64,000 nt of DNA from an uncultured Chloroflexia bacterium (GCA_963751345.1 CAVVUS010000037.1:111824-175823); one strand, 5' to 3'; shown: positions 47,943 to 60,760, counted from the stretch's first letter. Made by a program: numbers and translations. The notes: generated by a model not told the origin, from the sequence alone.

Positions 47943-49181
47943 ATGGCACAGACACTGAGTGAACAAATCCTGTCCCACGCTGCCGGGCGGGATGTGAAGG
48001 CCGGCGAACTCGCAGTCGTCGAGGTCAGCCGGGCAATGACGATCGATTCGATCGCGCCGGAGCTCATCGACGTCCTGCAGGATCAGCTCAACGTCTCGCA
48101 GATCCCGCATCCCGAGCGCTGCGCGATCTTCATCGATCACGTAGCGCCCGCCTCCAACCTCGCCACGGCAGAGGGCCAGGTGCGCGCGCGACGTTTCGCC
48201 CGCGAGCAGGGCATCGAGGCATTCTACGATGCAGGTCGCGGGATCTGCCATCAACTGATGGTTGAGGAACACCTCATATCCCCAGGTGATGTCGGGATCG
48301 GCTCGGACTCACACAGCACGACCTATGGTGCGGTCGCAGCTTTTGGCACCGGTATGGGGACGACCGACGTTGCGCTGGCCTTCGCCACCGGGCGGACGTG
48401 GCTCCGCGTCCCGGAAACGGTCCGCGTCGACCTTGTAGGGGATCTGGGACCCCAGGTAGATGCCAAGGATCTCGTGCTCCATCTGCTTAGTCGCATCCGG
48501 GCAGATGGCTTCACCTACCAGGCCGTGGAGTATCACGGGGCGCATGCCCTTTCCCTGGGCTCGCGAATGACCCTGTGCAGCATGTCCACCGAGATGGGGG
48601 CCAAGGCCGGGCTCGTGCCGCCCGATGACCTCACGCGCACATATGCGCCGGTGCCTGATTGGCTCGGTGTGCAGGACGGCGCCGCCTACCAGGACCGGTT
48701 CAGCGTCGATCTCAGCACGGTGGAGCCCTCGGTGGCCTGTCCCCCGAAGGTCGACAACGTGCGACGCGCACGGGATCTCGACGACGTCCACGTGGACCAG
48801 GTCTTCCTGGGCACGTGCACGAATGGGCGCCTGCAGGATTTGCACGCTGCGGCGGAGATCATGCGTGGCCGCCAGATTGCGCGCGGCGTGCGCATGATCG
48901 TCGTCCCGGCCTCTCACGCCATCCTACAAGCTGCCACGGAAGACGGCACCCTGGCTACGCTGCTTGCCGCCGGCGCGACGATCGGGCCTCCCGGATGCGG
49001 CGCCTGCATCGGCAGACATCTAGGCGTGCTGGGCTCCGGCGAGGTCTGCCTGTCGACCGGCAACCGCAACTTCTCCGGACGTATGGGCGCGCCGGATGCC
49101 CGGATTTACCTCGGGTCGCCACAGGTCGCCGCTGCTACGGCGATTCGCGGCGTCATTAGCGATCCTCGCGACGTAGCATAG
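47943..49181 (+). CDS. lysT: Homoaconitase large subunit
   Basis: IDHVAP, GICHQ, DSHSTTYGA, GTCTNGR, GCGACIG, STGNRNF.GRMG; operon context. Confidence 0.9.
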   Translation: MAQTLSEQILSHAAGRDVKAGELAVVEVSRAMTIDSIAPELIDVLQDQLNVSQIPHPERCAIFIDHVAPASNLATAEGQVRARRFAREQGIEAFYDAGRGICHQLMVEEHLISPGDVGIGSDSHSTTYGAVAAFGTGMGTTDVALAFATGRTWLRVPETVRVDLVGDLGPQVDAKDLVLHLLSRIRADGFTYQAVEYHGAHALSLGSRMTLCSMSTEMGAKAGLVPPDDLTRTYAPVPDWLGVQDGAAYQDRFSVDLSTVEPSVACPPKVDNVRRARDLDDVHVDQVFLGTCTNGRLQDLHAAAEIMRGRQIARGVRMIVVPASHAILQAATEDGTLATLLAAGATIGPPGCGACIGRHLGVLGSGEVCLSTGNRNFSGRMGAPDARIYLGSPQVAAATAIRGVISDPRDVA

Positions 49182-49195
49182 AAGGAGAGAAAACC

Positions 49196-49685
49196 ATGAA
49201 CCGCATCTGGCTCTTTGGTGACGACATCGATACCGATCAGATCATTCCCGGGCGCTACTCGCCCTACATGACGTCCGAGGAGAACCTGGCGACCTATGCC
49301 TTTATCGAACGGCGACCGGAGTTTGCGCCGAACGTGCGGCCCGGCGACATCATCGTCGCGGGCAAGAACTTCGGCTGCGGCTCCTCCCGCGAGTATGCCC
49401 CACGTGCCCTGGCAAAGTGCGGCATCGTGGCCATCATCGCGCCCAGCTTCGCGCGGATCTTCTTCCGGAATGCCATCAACCTGGGTATCCCGCTCTTCGA
49501 GGCCGATCTCACAGGCGCGGTCATGGACGGGCAGGCAGCGGAACTGGACCTGGAGCACGCGCAGCTCCGGCTTGAGGATGACGTTATCGAGCTGCCCAGG
49601 CCGCCGGCCTTCGTGGCCGACATCCAGGCAGAGGGCGGCATCGTCGCCTACGTCCAGCGCACCCATCGCTTCCCCGGAGAGGTCG

Positions 49686-49693
<8 letters not shown>
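49196..49693 (+). CDS. lysU: Homoaconitase small subunit
   Basis: DDIDTDQIIPG, NFGCGSSRE, SFARIFFRNAINLG. Confidence 0.9.
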
Positions 49694-50696
<1,003 letters not shown>

Positions 50697-50713
50697 AGCA
50701 AAGGAGAGACCCC

Positions 50714-50881
50714 ATGTTTGCAGAATGCCCTGAATGCGGTGCGCAGATCGAACTGGCCGAAGACACCATCCTTCACGAAATCGTGGTATGCCCTGACTGC
50801 GGAGTTGAGCTGGAAGTCGTGGAACTTGATCCGCCGACGGTTGCTCCGGCACCTGAGGAAGAGGAAGATTGGGGCGAATAG
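50714..50881 (+). CDS. lysW: Amino-group carrier protein LysW (55 aa, absent from ORF track)
   Basis: [55 protein letters not shown]: two CxxC and C-terminal EDWGE; SD AAGGAG. Confidence 0.97.
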   Translation: MFAECPECGAQIELAEDTILHEIVVCPDCGVELEVVELDPPTVAPAPEEEEDWGE

Positions 50882-50882
50882 G

Positions 50883-51740
50883 ATGGCCGTCAAAGTAGGC
50901 ATCCTGCTCTCCCGCGTCCGCGTCGAGGAAAAGCTGCTGATCCAGGAGCTGGACGCCCGCGGCGTGGACTACGACACCATCGATGACCGGCAGGTGATCT
51001 TCGACATCCAGCAGAATGGATGGCAGGACTATGACGTGATCCTTGAGCGGTGTATCAGCCACTCTCGAGCCCACTATGCCCTGCTGCTCTATCGCGACTG
51101 GGGGATTCCCACGGTCAACACCTACGAGGTGGCGAACACCTGCGGCAACAAGCTGCTGACGACCAGCGCGCTGGTCCGCGCCGGCGTGCCGACGCCCAAG
51201 ACCAAGGTCGCCTTCACGCCCGAGTCGGCGCTGGAGGCGATCGAGGAGCTGGGCTATCCGGTCGTTCTCAAGCCGGGGGTGGGCTCTTGGGGGCGCCTGC
51301 TCTCGAAGATCAACGACCGGGAGGCTGCCGAGACCGTGTTGGAACACAAGCAGGTGCTCGGCTCCTACCACCATTCGATCTACTACATCCAGGAATACGT
51401 GGAGAAGCCCGGGCGCGACATCCGCGCCTTTGTCGTGGGCGATGAGACGATCTGCGCGATCTACCGCTCCTCCCCGCACTGGATCACCAACACCGCGCGC
51501 GGCGGCGCGGCCAGCAATTGTCCGGTCACGCCCGAACTCGACGAGCTGTGTCTGGCGGGCGCGCGGGCCGTAGGTGGCGGCGTGGTGGCGCTCGACGTCT
51601 TCGAGGATCCGGACCGTGGGTTGCTGGTCAACGAGATCAACTATACAATGGAGTTCCGCAACAGCATCGACACCACCGGCGTGAACATCCCGGCGAAGGT
51701 GATCGATTACACGCTGCAGGTTGCGGAGAGCGGCATCTGA
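50883..51740 (+). CDS. lysX: Alpha-aminoadipate--LysW ligase (ATP-grasp)
   Basis: [50 protein letters not shown]. Confidence 0.95.
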   Translation: MAVKVGILLSRVRVEEKLLIQELDARGVDYDTIDDRQVIFDIQQNGWQDYDVILERCISHSRAHYALLLYRDWGIPTVNTYEVANTCGNKLLTTSALVRAGVPTPKTKVAFTPESALEAIEELGYPVVLKPGVGSWGRLLSKINDREAAETVLEHKQVLGSYHHSIYYIQEYVEKPGRDIRAFVVGDETICAIYRSSPHWITNTARGGAASNCPVTPELDELCLAGARAVGGGVVALDVFEDPDRGLLVNEINYTMEFRNSIDTTGVNIPAKVIDYTLQVAESGI

Positions 51741-51810
51741 ACGTTGGACGCTGAAACGTTGAGACGTTGGATCCGGAGCGATACTCGCGGCAACCCGTTG
51801 GTACGTTAGG
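51740..51810. repeat. ACGTT-core ~8-mer array between lysX and lysK
   Basis: AACGTTGG ACGCTGAA ACGTTGAG ACGTTGG ... ACGTTAG. Confidence 0.6.
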
Positions 51811-51832
51811 AAGCTGCCGGCAGATCAACGCT

Positions 51833-52910
<1,078 letters not shown>

Positions 52911-52919
<9 letters not shown>

Positions 52920-52960
52920 ACGTTCCCGGCATGTGAACGTGTCAAACGTTCAGAACGTCA
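52911..52960. repeat. ACGTT-core array at the lysK 3' end
   Basis: AACGTTTG AACGTTCC ... AACGTGTC AAACGTTC AGAACGTC. Confidence 0.6.
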
Positions 52961-52971
52961 CAGGAGCATCT

Positions 52972-54363
52972 ATGGGTACGAGTCACTATGATGTCGTCAT
53001 CGTCGGTGCCGGGCCTGCGGGGATCTTTGCCGCGCTGGAGCTGAGCAAGTCCCCGGGATTGCGCATCGCGATCGTGGATAAGGGACTTGACATCGACAAG
53101 CGCCACTGCCCGATCCGCGAGGGCAGCCCCGAATGCAACCACTGCCGGCCATGCGCGATCCTCGACGGTTGGGGCGGCGCCGGGGCCTTCTCAGACGGCA
53201 AACTGACGCTCTCGCCCGCCGTGGGCGGCCATTTGGCCGAGATCCTGGGCGAGGGACGGGCTGCAGAGCTCATCGGCGAGGTGGACGCCGCCTACCGTGG
53301 CTTCGGCGCCCCGGACGTCGTCCACGGCACCTATAGCGATGAGATCGAGGCGCTCGCCAAGCGGGCCTCGCTGGCTGGGCTGAGCTTCATCTCTGTCCCG
53401 ATTCGCCATATGGGCACCGAGCACTGTGTGGAGATTATGCGGCGGATGCGCGACGCGCTTCTCGACCGTGGCGTTGAGATCAAGATGCGCACACCCGTCG
53501 CCGAGATCCTCACTGAAGGCGGCAAGGTCATCGGCATTCGCACCGAGGCAGGTGACGTGCTCTCGGCGGAGTTCGTTGTGGTTGCGCCGGGCCGCGAGGG
53601 AGCCGGCTGGCTTGAGACCACGGCGCGGGCGCTGGGGCTATCGCTGGAGCGCAATCCGGTGGACCTGGGTGTGCGGGTTGAGATCCCCGCGGCGGTCCTC
53701 CAGCCGATCACCGACCTGGTCTATGAATCGAAGTTCGTCTACTACTCCAAGGCCTTCGATGACAAGATCCGCACCTTCTGTATGTGCCCCTACGGGGAGG
53801 TGAGCACGGAGTTTGCCGGCGACGTGATGACCGTGAACGGCCATTCCTTCGCCGACCACAAGACGGCGAACACGAACTTCGCACTGCTGGTCAGCAAGAG
53901 CTTCACCGAACCCTTCGACGACCCCATCACCTACGGCAAGAGCATCGCGCGGCTGGCCAATCTGCTCAGCGGGGGCATTATGGTCCAGCGCCTCGGGGAT
54001 CTGGAGTCCGGGCGTCGCTCGACCCACGAGCGGCTCTCCCGCTCCTTGGTCACGCCCACCCTTCCCAGCGCGACGCCGGGCGACCTGAACTTGGTGCTGC
54101 CCTACCGCTACGTGGCCAATATCCTGGAGATGATCCACGCGCTGGATGAGATTGCGCCGGGCGTCGCCTCGCGACACACGCTGCTCTACGGCGTTGAGGT
54201 CAAGTTCTACTCCAACCGCCTGAACCTCACCCGCGACCTGGAGACGGAAGTTGAAAATCTCTATGCCTGCGGGGATGGGGCAGGCGTCACCCGGGGCCTG
54301 ATCCAGGCCTCGGCGGCAGGCGTCGTCGCCGCGCGTGCCATCCAGCGACGTATAGCGTCGTAA
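52972..54363 (+). CDS. FAD-dependent oxidoreductase (COG2509-like)
   Basis: GAGPAG, C..C.PC, GGAGAFSDGKL, RTFCMCPYG, NGHS, GVEVKFYS, GDGAGVTRG. Confidence 0.9.
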   Translation: MGTSHYDVVIVGAGPAGIFAALELSKSPGLRIAIVDKGLDIDKRHCPIREGSPECNHCRPCAILDGWGGAGAFSDGKLTLSPAVGGHLAEILGEGRAAELIGEVDAAYRGFGAPDVVHGTYSDEIEALAKRASLAGLSFISVPIRHMGTEHCVEIMRRMRDALLDRGVEIKMRTPVAEILTEGGKVIGIRTEAGDVLSAEFVVVAPGREGAGWLETTARALGLSLERNPVDLGVRVEIPAAVLQPITDLVYESKFVYYSKAFDDKIRTFCMCPYGEVSTEFAGDVMTVNGHSFADHKTANTNFALLVSKSFTEPFDDPITYGKSIARLANLLSGGIMVQRLGDLESGRRSTHERLSRSLVTPTLPSATPGDLNLVLPYRYVANILEMIHALDEIAPGVASRHTLLYGVEVKFYSNRLNLTRDLETEVENLYACGDGAGVTRGLIQASAAGVVAARAIQRRIAS

Positions 54364-54364
54364 G

Positions 54365-54429
54365 AACCTTCCGGGTTGCTCGCGCCGTCTGAGGCGCGGA
54401 CGCCTCCTAGACGCACAACCCGGAAGGTC
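54365..54429. repeat. REP-like inverted repeat after the oxidoreductase
   Basis: ACCTTCCGGGTTG ... CAACCCGGAAGGT arms. Confidence 0.65.
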
Positions 54430-54450
54430 AGGAAACCACAAGGAGTCGGG

Positions 54451-57298
54451 ATGCAAGCAGACCCGTCAGCCGTGCTCGATTCTGTCCGAGACCTTCTGCG
54501 CTGGGGCTCGATCCTGCTCGGCGCGCTCGGCTTACTGATCGCCTTGTGGGTCCTCGTGCGAGTGGCTGACGCGGCGCTGGTGGCGCGAGGTCGAAGGGCT
54601 CGACGCTGAGCTTCGCGACACGACCGCCCACCTCGACGCAGACCTGGCCCGCCTCGAGGCCGAGGCCGCCCTCTTCCCCCGCGACATCTCCGCCCCGTAC
54701 GCGACGGCCGCGGGACAGCTCTACGAGAAGCTGGATCGGGCAAAGACGATCGTGGGCAACCTTGCGAAGGTGTTGCGGCCAACCTTCGCAAGGTTGCCGC
54801 AGAACCTTCGCAAGGTTCACCCACCAACGCCTGGCACCGTCTCCGCTTCCTCCTCGTCCGCGAGCCCAACGCCGCGCGCCAACGACGATCCCAGCTCCGC
54901 GCAGCACTGGTCCAGGCAAAGGCGCTCCGAGGCGAACTCGACGCGGCCGACGCGCTGCTCAAGGAGCTACGCGAGAAGCCTCTCGCGACAGCCAGGAAAG
55001 CTCGCGAGCTAGGGTCAACGCTTGAGACGGCGCTCGGGCTGGTTGCTGCCCTGCAGACGGGCGGCGTTCGCGGCGAGCGCCTGGACGACGTCCTCGTCAC
55101 GCTGCAGAGCTGGAAGGCGCAACTCGCGTCGCTGCCGGCCTACCTGTTCACCGGTAAGGAAAGCCAGGTCGCGCGGCTGGCACAGCCGGCATCGAGTCGT
55201 GATGGCGTGGCGGACGCTCTCCGAGCTCGAACCTGCGGCCCGCGAGCGCATGGCCGACCTGACGCGCTGGCAGAGCGCCCTGTCAAGCGTCCCGGCCGAA
55301 CTGGAGCAGATGGACCAGACCGTGGCATCGGCCACGACGTGTCTGGAGCAAACCCATCCCTCGATCGACACCAATGCCCTCAGCGAAGCCTGGGCGGTCA
55401 CGTCGGACCGGGCCCGCGAGCTTGACGCCTGCTATGAGGCCCCCACCCTTGACGATCTCGATGGGCTGGACCGGCTGGGCGCCGTGACGCAGGAAGCCAA
55501 CCACCTGGTCGCACAGCTCGCCTCGTTGGAGGCGCTGCGCGGATCGCTGGAGGAAAAGTTCGCCCAGGGCAGGGACCGCCTCGACGAGTTGGAGCGCCAG
55601 CTCCGGCAGCTCGCGGATGCCGGTCGCTATCCCCTGGACCGCGTCCCCTTCCAGGGAGAGCTCGACCGGATCCGGCGGCAGCTCACGGCCCTTGGGTGGC
55701 ACGTCGCCCTCTGCTCGCCGAGGCAACGCCCGCACCGCGCACGACCGCCCAATTGGAGTCGGCCCTGGCCTCCGCCCAGGTCATCGACCAGCAACTGCGC
55801 GCGCTCACGACGCGTCTGGCCGAGGCCCGCGAGGACCGGCGGCGCCTGGTCGAGCTTCTCGACGCCGAAACGCGACCCGGCGCTGCAGCCCAGGTCGACT
55901 GGCTGGTGTGGGCGCACGATCTGCACGCCCGTACACGCGGCTTCGACGAAGCCAACTGGACCTCAGGGCCGCGCGCCAGCACCGACGAGGACCTGCGCGT
56001 GCCGCAGATCCTGGCCGATGCGGAGGCCCTGAACCACCGGCGGGGACTCTGGATCCCCGAGCACAAGGAGGATCTCCTGGAGCCCAGCACGCTGGCCCGC
56101 CGCGTGCGCGAGGTCCAGGCCATCTTGACCGACACCGAGGCCTTCCAGAACCGCCTCGACAGGATCACGCGCCTGCTGCAGCGGCTACAGCAGACCGAGG
56201 AGCGGGTGAAGGCGGACCTGGAGACCGCCTACGGCGCCCTGGATCGCCTGGAGATCGTCGCAGCCGGGATCCTGCCCGCGGCGCTCTCGGAGGAGGACAA
56301 CCACTGGTCCGAGATCCGGGCGTACCTGAGCCAGGGATACGACCTCGATGCTGCGCTCGATGCTCCCGCGGAGGGAACCGTGTGGGAGAAGGCCGTGGCG
56401 GTGGCCGATTGGATCGCGGCGTGCTTGGCGACCCTCAGTGACTGGCACCGGGTGCTGCAGCGAGAGCTCGATGCAACCCGGACATCGCTCACGCGGGATC
56501 TTGGGGAGGTGAGCGAGGTCGCACCTTTTGATGATGAGCCCGCCGTCGTCGAGGGCCGGAGGGTCGTGGAGCTCGCGGCGTCCCCCTCGCGCAGCAAGGC
56601 CACGCCGGACGCGGCGGGCCTCACGGCGCTCAGCACCGAGGTCGCGGACCGGCTGCGCGCGCTCGCCCAGATCGACAAAGCCGTGGCGGATCTGACGTCG
56701 TCGGTGCTCACGCCGCTTGCCGAGCCCGTGGCCCACTGGCACGCGGCCCAGCAGGAGGCCGAGGCCGCCTACCGCCAACTCCAGCGGCTGGAACTCCAAT
56801 CGGCGCGGCAGTGGCCGCCGGTGAGCTGCGACACGGCGTCGGTCAAGGCACAGCTCGACCGGGCCGCGGAAGCGCAGGTCACGCTCGCCGAGAAGGGCAG
56901 CACCATCAAACAGGTCCTGAGCGAGATCCGGGACCTCACCGAGCGCTATCGTCGCGCCACAGCCCTCGTCGAGACGAACACCCAGGCCTACACCTCGCTG
57001 CGACCGGAGCTCGACGCGATGCTGGAGCAATCTGGAGACGTGGTGTAACGCCCTGGAGAGCTACCGGCAGCGCCACGAGGACGATCCCGCCGTCGTCGCC
57101 GCCATCCGGGCCCGGCTGGACGAGATCGAGAACGCCTCAACCCAACTGCAGACCGACTGGGACAAGGCTGCGGGCCTCGTCCCCGGAGACGAAGCCCGCA
57201 AAGCCCTTGACACCCTCTGGCGCCGTGCCCACCGCGACGTCCCCGTCGGCGCCGGCATCAACGTCATCCCCACCGGATGGGTGGAGGGTGGGCGTTAG
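54451..57298 (+). CDS. Large N-terminally membrane-anchored coiled-coil protein (many frameshifts)
   Basis: SD AAGGAG, TM helix WGSILLGALGLLIALWVLV, then L/A/E/R-rich helical ORF segments in successive frames. Confidence 0.6.
54757..54818. repeat. Three AACCTT(GCG/CGC)AAGGT palindromes within coding sequence
   Basis: GCAACCTTGCGAAGGT, CAACCTTCGCAAGGTTG, GAACCTTCGCAAGGTTC. Confidence 0.75.
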
Positions 57299-57333
57299 CA
57301 CATTCGCACGTTGACGCACGGTCAGCCTGGAGT

Positions 57334-57985
57334 CTATCGCCTCCTTCGGACGAGACCGAACAGGGCCACAGTGCTAGCCAATCAGCAGTAGTGAAGGCAA
57401 TATACGAGCTGGACCAGCAGAGAACGCGGTGACAAGCACGCCGGTCGCTGGGACTTCCTCGACGAAGATGTTGTCGAACCAAGCTGTGTCAAATGGCGCC
57501 GTCTGGCCCTGCGTCTGAAGCGTGATTCTGAGCGATGCGTAGTCTGTGCCACTCAGACGAAAAATCCGCCGACATGTCCTACCCACTCCCCTTCTCCCTT
57601 ATCCTCTGTGAGCGTGACGGAATCATAGGGAGTTCCCTGGCAGCCAGCGGCTGGATACCACTGGATAGTAATGGCACCAAGGCCCGTCGACAGAGTGCAC
57701 ACCGCCCCCCACACGAGCTGTGGGCCCAGGCTGGAGATGTCAGACACGCACTGCGTCAAGCTGATCGCATTGGCGCCTGCATTTGCGACCGAGGGTTCAG
57801 GGTGACCCACCTCCTGATCCCGAGCGAACTGACCGGCCGTCGAAGACCAGCCTGGAATGCTGACAGCGTCTCCATCACCGAAATCGCCGTTGATGACAAG
57901 ATTGTCGGCTGAGGAAATCGGCGGTGCAGCGGCGACAATGAGGACCAAACATGAGAGCGAGGATCGACCAACGCAAGGGCTTCAT
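57334..57985 (-). CDS. Secreted protein with C-terminal TM and basic tail (frameshifts)
   Basis: SD GGAGGT, signal peptide, NLVINGDF motif, C-terminal VPATG, hydrophobic stretch, VRRRR-stop. Confidence 0.6.
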
Positions 57986-58197
57986 CGCACAGACCTCCAC
58001 CTGACTAAGAGAGGGAAGCACTGTGCATCATTATAAACGTGATTCTGTCGGAAATCAAGGCGCAAAATGTGTCAATGGGTTCCCTTTCAGATCATCCACG
58101 GTATCTCCCTCGCGTGATCCCCATACCAGGGGGTGTCCGGGACGATCACTCACACGGCCTAACCACTGCTCGGCTGCGCCTACGATGGACCTCGCCA

Positions 58198-58226
58198 TTG
58201 ACCACCGGATCAAATCCAGATACCAT
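58198..58226 (+). promoter_or_regulatory. Sigma70-type promoter upstream of MNT gene and polysaccharide locus
   Basis: TTGACC-17 nt-TACCAT. Confidence 0.5.
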
Positions 58227-58282
58227 GTCTGCGTGGCGTTGAGCATCGCAGTGTCTCCTTCAGAAATAGAGGCCGGATTCGT

Positions 58283-58636
58283 ATGTCCCATCGCGAGGAG
58301 CTCCAGCAGCAACGAACGGCGCATGCGGCCGCCCTATGGGCGGAAGGCGCACGGCTCGCCACAGCCGCCGCAGCTCTCGGCGCCGAACGCGTGATCCTCT
58401 TCGGCTCGCTCGCCCGCGACGAGCCGGACCTGACCAGCGATCTGGATCTGCTCATCGTCTGGGATACCCCACTTGACTACCTATCCCGAATCGTGGAACT
58501 CTACAGACGCCTCGATCCTCACGGCCCGATCGACCTGCTCGTCTATACACCCGCCGAGATGTTGACGATGCGTGATCGTCCGTTCATCCGCCGGATCCTG
58601 ACAGAAGGCAAGGTGCTCTATGAAGTAGAGCGTTAG
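58283..58636 (+). CDS. Minimal nucleotidyltransferase (MNT), no adjacent HEPN gene
   Basis: VILFGSLAR....SDLDLLIV, IDLLVYTP.E, EGKVLYE. Confidence 0.9.
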   Translation: MSHREELQQQRTAHAAALWAEGARLATAAAALGAERVILFGSLARDEPDLTSDLDLLIVWDTPLDYLSRIVELYRRLDPHGPIDLLVYTPAEMLTMRDRPFIRRILTEGKVLYEVER

Positions 58637-58664
58637 CACGTTCCAACGTTTCCACGTTCAAACG
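58630..58664. repeat. ACGTT-core 8-mer tandem array
   Basis: GCGTTAGC ACGTTCCA ACGTTTCC ACGTTCAA ACG, directly before SD GGAGGTG. Confidence 0.8.
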
Positions 58665-58674
58665 GAGGTGTCTG

Positions 58675-59099
58675 ATGCCCCCCATCCAACGCTTCGAGGA
58701 CATCCAAACCTGGCAGACAGCGCGCGAACTGACCCGGCGGGTCTACACACTGTCAAACCAAGACCGTTTCTCGCGCGACCGCGGCCTGAGCGACCAGATC
58801 CGCCGCGCCGCCGTCTCCATCATGTCCAACATCGCGGAGGGCTTCGAGAGCGAGGGCCAAGCCCTATTCATCAGATACCTGGGCTACGCCAAAGCCTCCG
58901 CCGGCGAAGTCCGCGCCCAACTCTACGTCGCCCAAGACGTCGGCTACCTGACACAGCCGCAATTCACCGAACTCTACGACCTGGCCGACAAATGCAGCCG
59001 CCAACTCAGCCGCTTCATCGCGTACCTGCGAAGCCGTCCAACGAGCGCTGCCCGTTCGAACCCGGTATCGAATACGACACAGACGTTGGAACGTTTTAA
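58675..59099 (+). CDS. Four-helix-bundle protein (23S rRNA IVP / bAvd-like family); C-terminal frameshift
   Basis: RFEDIQTWQTAREL, DQIRRAAVSIMSNIAEGF, FIRYLGYAKASAGEVRAQLYVA.DVGYL. Confidence 0.93.
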
Positions 59100-59158
59100 C
59101 GTTAGCACGTTCCGACGTTCTCAACGTTCCAACGTTCACACGTTCACACGTTCCAACG
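59083..59158. repeat. ACGTT-core 8-mer tandem array (about 9 units), self-complementary
   Basis: ACGTTGGA ACGTTTTA ACGTTAGC ACGTTCCG ACGTTCTCA ACGTTCCA ACGTTCAC ACGTTCAC ACGTTCCA ACG, then GAGGTG SD. Confidence 0.88.
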
Positions 59159-59168
59159 GAGGTGTATC

Positions 59169-60311
59169 TTGTCCCAAACCGTCTTCATCAGCGGCATCTT
59201 CGACCTGCTCCACAGCGGCCACATCGCCTTCTTCCGCCAGGCCGCGGCCTACGGCGACCTCGTCGTCGCCATCGGCTCCGACCAGACCGTCTACGAGCTC
59301 AAGGGCCACCCGCCCATCAACGACGAGGACGAGCGGCTCTTCATGGTCAAGGCCGTCTCCTACGTCAAGGACGCCTTCATCTCCCGCGGCTCGGGCATCC
59401 TCGACTTCGAGCAGGAGCTCCGCGCCCTTAAGCCCGACCTCTTCATCGTCACCGAGGACGCCAACATCCCCGCCAAGCGCTGGCTCTGCGACGAGCTGGG
59501 CATCGCCTACCAGGTCGTCAAACGCGAGCCCTACGCCGGCCTCCCGCCGCGCTCCTCCACCGCCATGCGCGAGCTCGACCGCATCCCCTACCGCATCGAC
59601 CTCTGCGGCGGCTGGCTCGACCAACCCTACGTCTCCAAACACCACCCCGGCGCCGTGATCACGCTCTCGATCGAGCCCACCGTCGCCTTCAACGAGCGCA
59701 GCGGCATGGCCACCAGCACCCGCAACAAAGCCGTCGACCTCTGGGGCAGCCGCCTGCCCGCGGGCGACCCCGAGAAGTGGGCCAGGGTCCTCTTCTGCTA
59801 CGACAACCCCCCCGGCACGCAGACCATCTCCGGATCGCAGGACGCCATCGGCCTCGTCGTCCCCGGCCTCAACTACGCCACCTACGACGGCGCCTACTGG
59901 CCCACGCGCATCGAGCCCTGCCTCGACGAGCTGACCCTGCAGTTCACCGAGCGCGCCCTCACCCTCATCCCGCTCGGCCCCCGCGGCCCCGAGTACGACG
60001 TCCTCGCCGGCACGCACATCGACCGCGACGGCGCCAAGGCGCTCGCCGACGCCACCGACGCCTGCTGGGACGCCCTCCTCTCGCGCAACCTCCCCGCCTT
60101 CGGCCGCGCCATGCGCGCCGGCTTCGAGGCCCAGATCGCCATGTTCCCCCACATGATGAACGCCATGCTCGCCGGCATGATCGACACCTACCGCGACCGC
60201 GCGCTCGGCTGGAAAGTCTCCGGCGCCGGCGGCGGCGGCTACCTCATCCTCGTCGCCGACGGCCCCGTCAACGGCGGCTTCCAAATCGTCGCCCGCCGCG
60301 AGCGGTGTTGA
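59169..60311 (+). CDS. Cytidylyl/adenylyltransferase fused to GHMP-family sugar kinase
   Basis: GIFDLLHSGH (HxGH), PYRIDLCGGWLD, SGMATS, GSQD, GWKVSGAGGGGY. Confidence 0.9.
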   Translation: MSQTVFISGIFDLLHSGHIAFFRQAAAYGDLVVAIGSDQTVYELKGHPPINDEDERLFMVKAVSYVKDAFISRGSGILDFEQELRALKPDLFIVTEDANIPAKRWLCDELGIAYQVVKREPYAGLPPRSSTAMRELDRIPYRIDLCGGWLDQPYVSKHHPGAVITLSIEPTVAFNERSGMATSTRNKAVDLWGSRLPAGDPEKWARVLFCYDNPPGTQTISGSQDAIGLVVPGLNYATYDGAYWPTRIEPCLDELTLQFTERALTLIPLGPRGPEYDVLAGTHIDRDGAKALADATDACWDALLSRNLPAFGRAMRAGFEAQIAMFPHMMNAMLAGMIDTYRDRALGWKVSGAGGGGYLILVADGPVNGGFQIVARRERC

Positions 60312-60362
60312 GGGGCGACGCGACGCAAGGGAGCGGATGGGCAGAGGCGAGGAGGAGATAAG

Positions 60363-60760
60363 GTGATACGGAGCCATGAGGAGCTGGAGGTATATCGGGC
60401 AAGCGTTCGAAGCTGCGATGCGGGTCTTCGACGTGATCAAAGACCTTTCCACGCGAGTGAAACCTATTCGCTGACCGACCAAATCCGTCGATCCTCGCTG
60501 CTCTGTCTGCGGCAACTTGGCCGATGCCTGGCGCCGTCGTCGCTACGTAGCCGCTATTCGTCACCGGCTTAAGCACTGTGAGTCGTACGCTCGCCCTAGG
60601 CGCTGAGGCTGCCGAGACGCAGACGTGGTTGGCTTATCGCGGTCGAGTGCGGCTACCTCGCACCCGAGACCGCCAGATGACCTCCATACCAGCTACGACA
60701 ACATCATCGGAAACTCGTCCGTATGTATCACCAACCCCACGCCGTGGGTCTTAGCCGGCA
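60363..60760 (+). CDS. Second four-helix-bundle protein (multiple frameshifts; possibly degraded; end approximate)
   Basis: SHEELEVY, ETYSLTDQIRRSS, AWRRRRY, EAAETQTW, ECGYL, YDNIIG, NPTPW across frames. Confidence 0.8.

Noticed and set aside
59083-59158. Tandem arrays as CRISPR
   Set aside because: Period is 7-9 nt with no 25-40 nt repeat/spacer structure, and no cas genes are present.
58675-59658. 327 aa ORF fusing the four-helix protein to a Ser-rich tail
   Set aside because: Read-through caused by a frameshift; the tail is an off-frame reading of the repeat array and the next gene.
58675-60760. Four-helix genes as part of a diversity-generating retroelement or rRNA intervening sequence
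   Set aside because: No reverse transcriptase, TR/VR pair or rRNA gene in the window.
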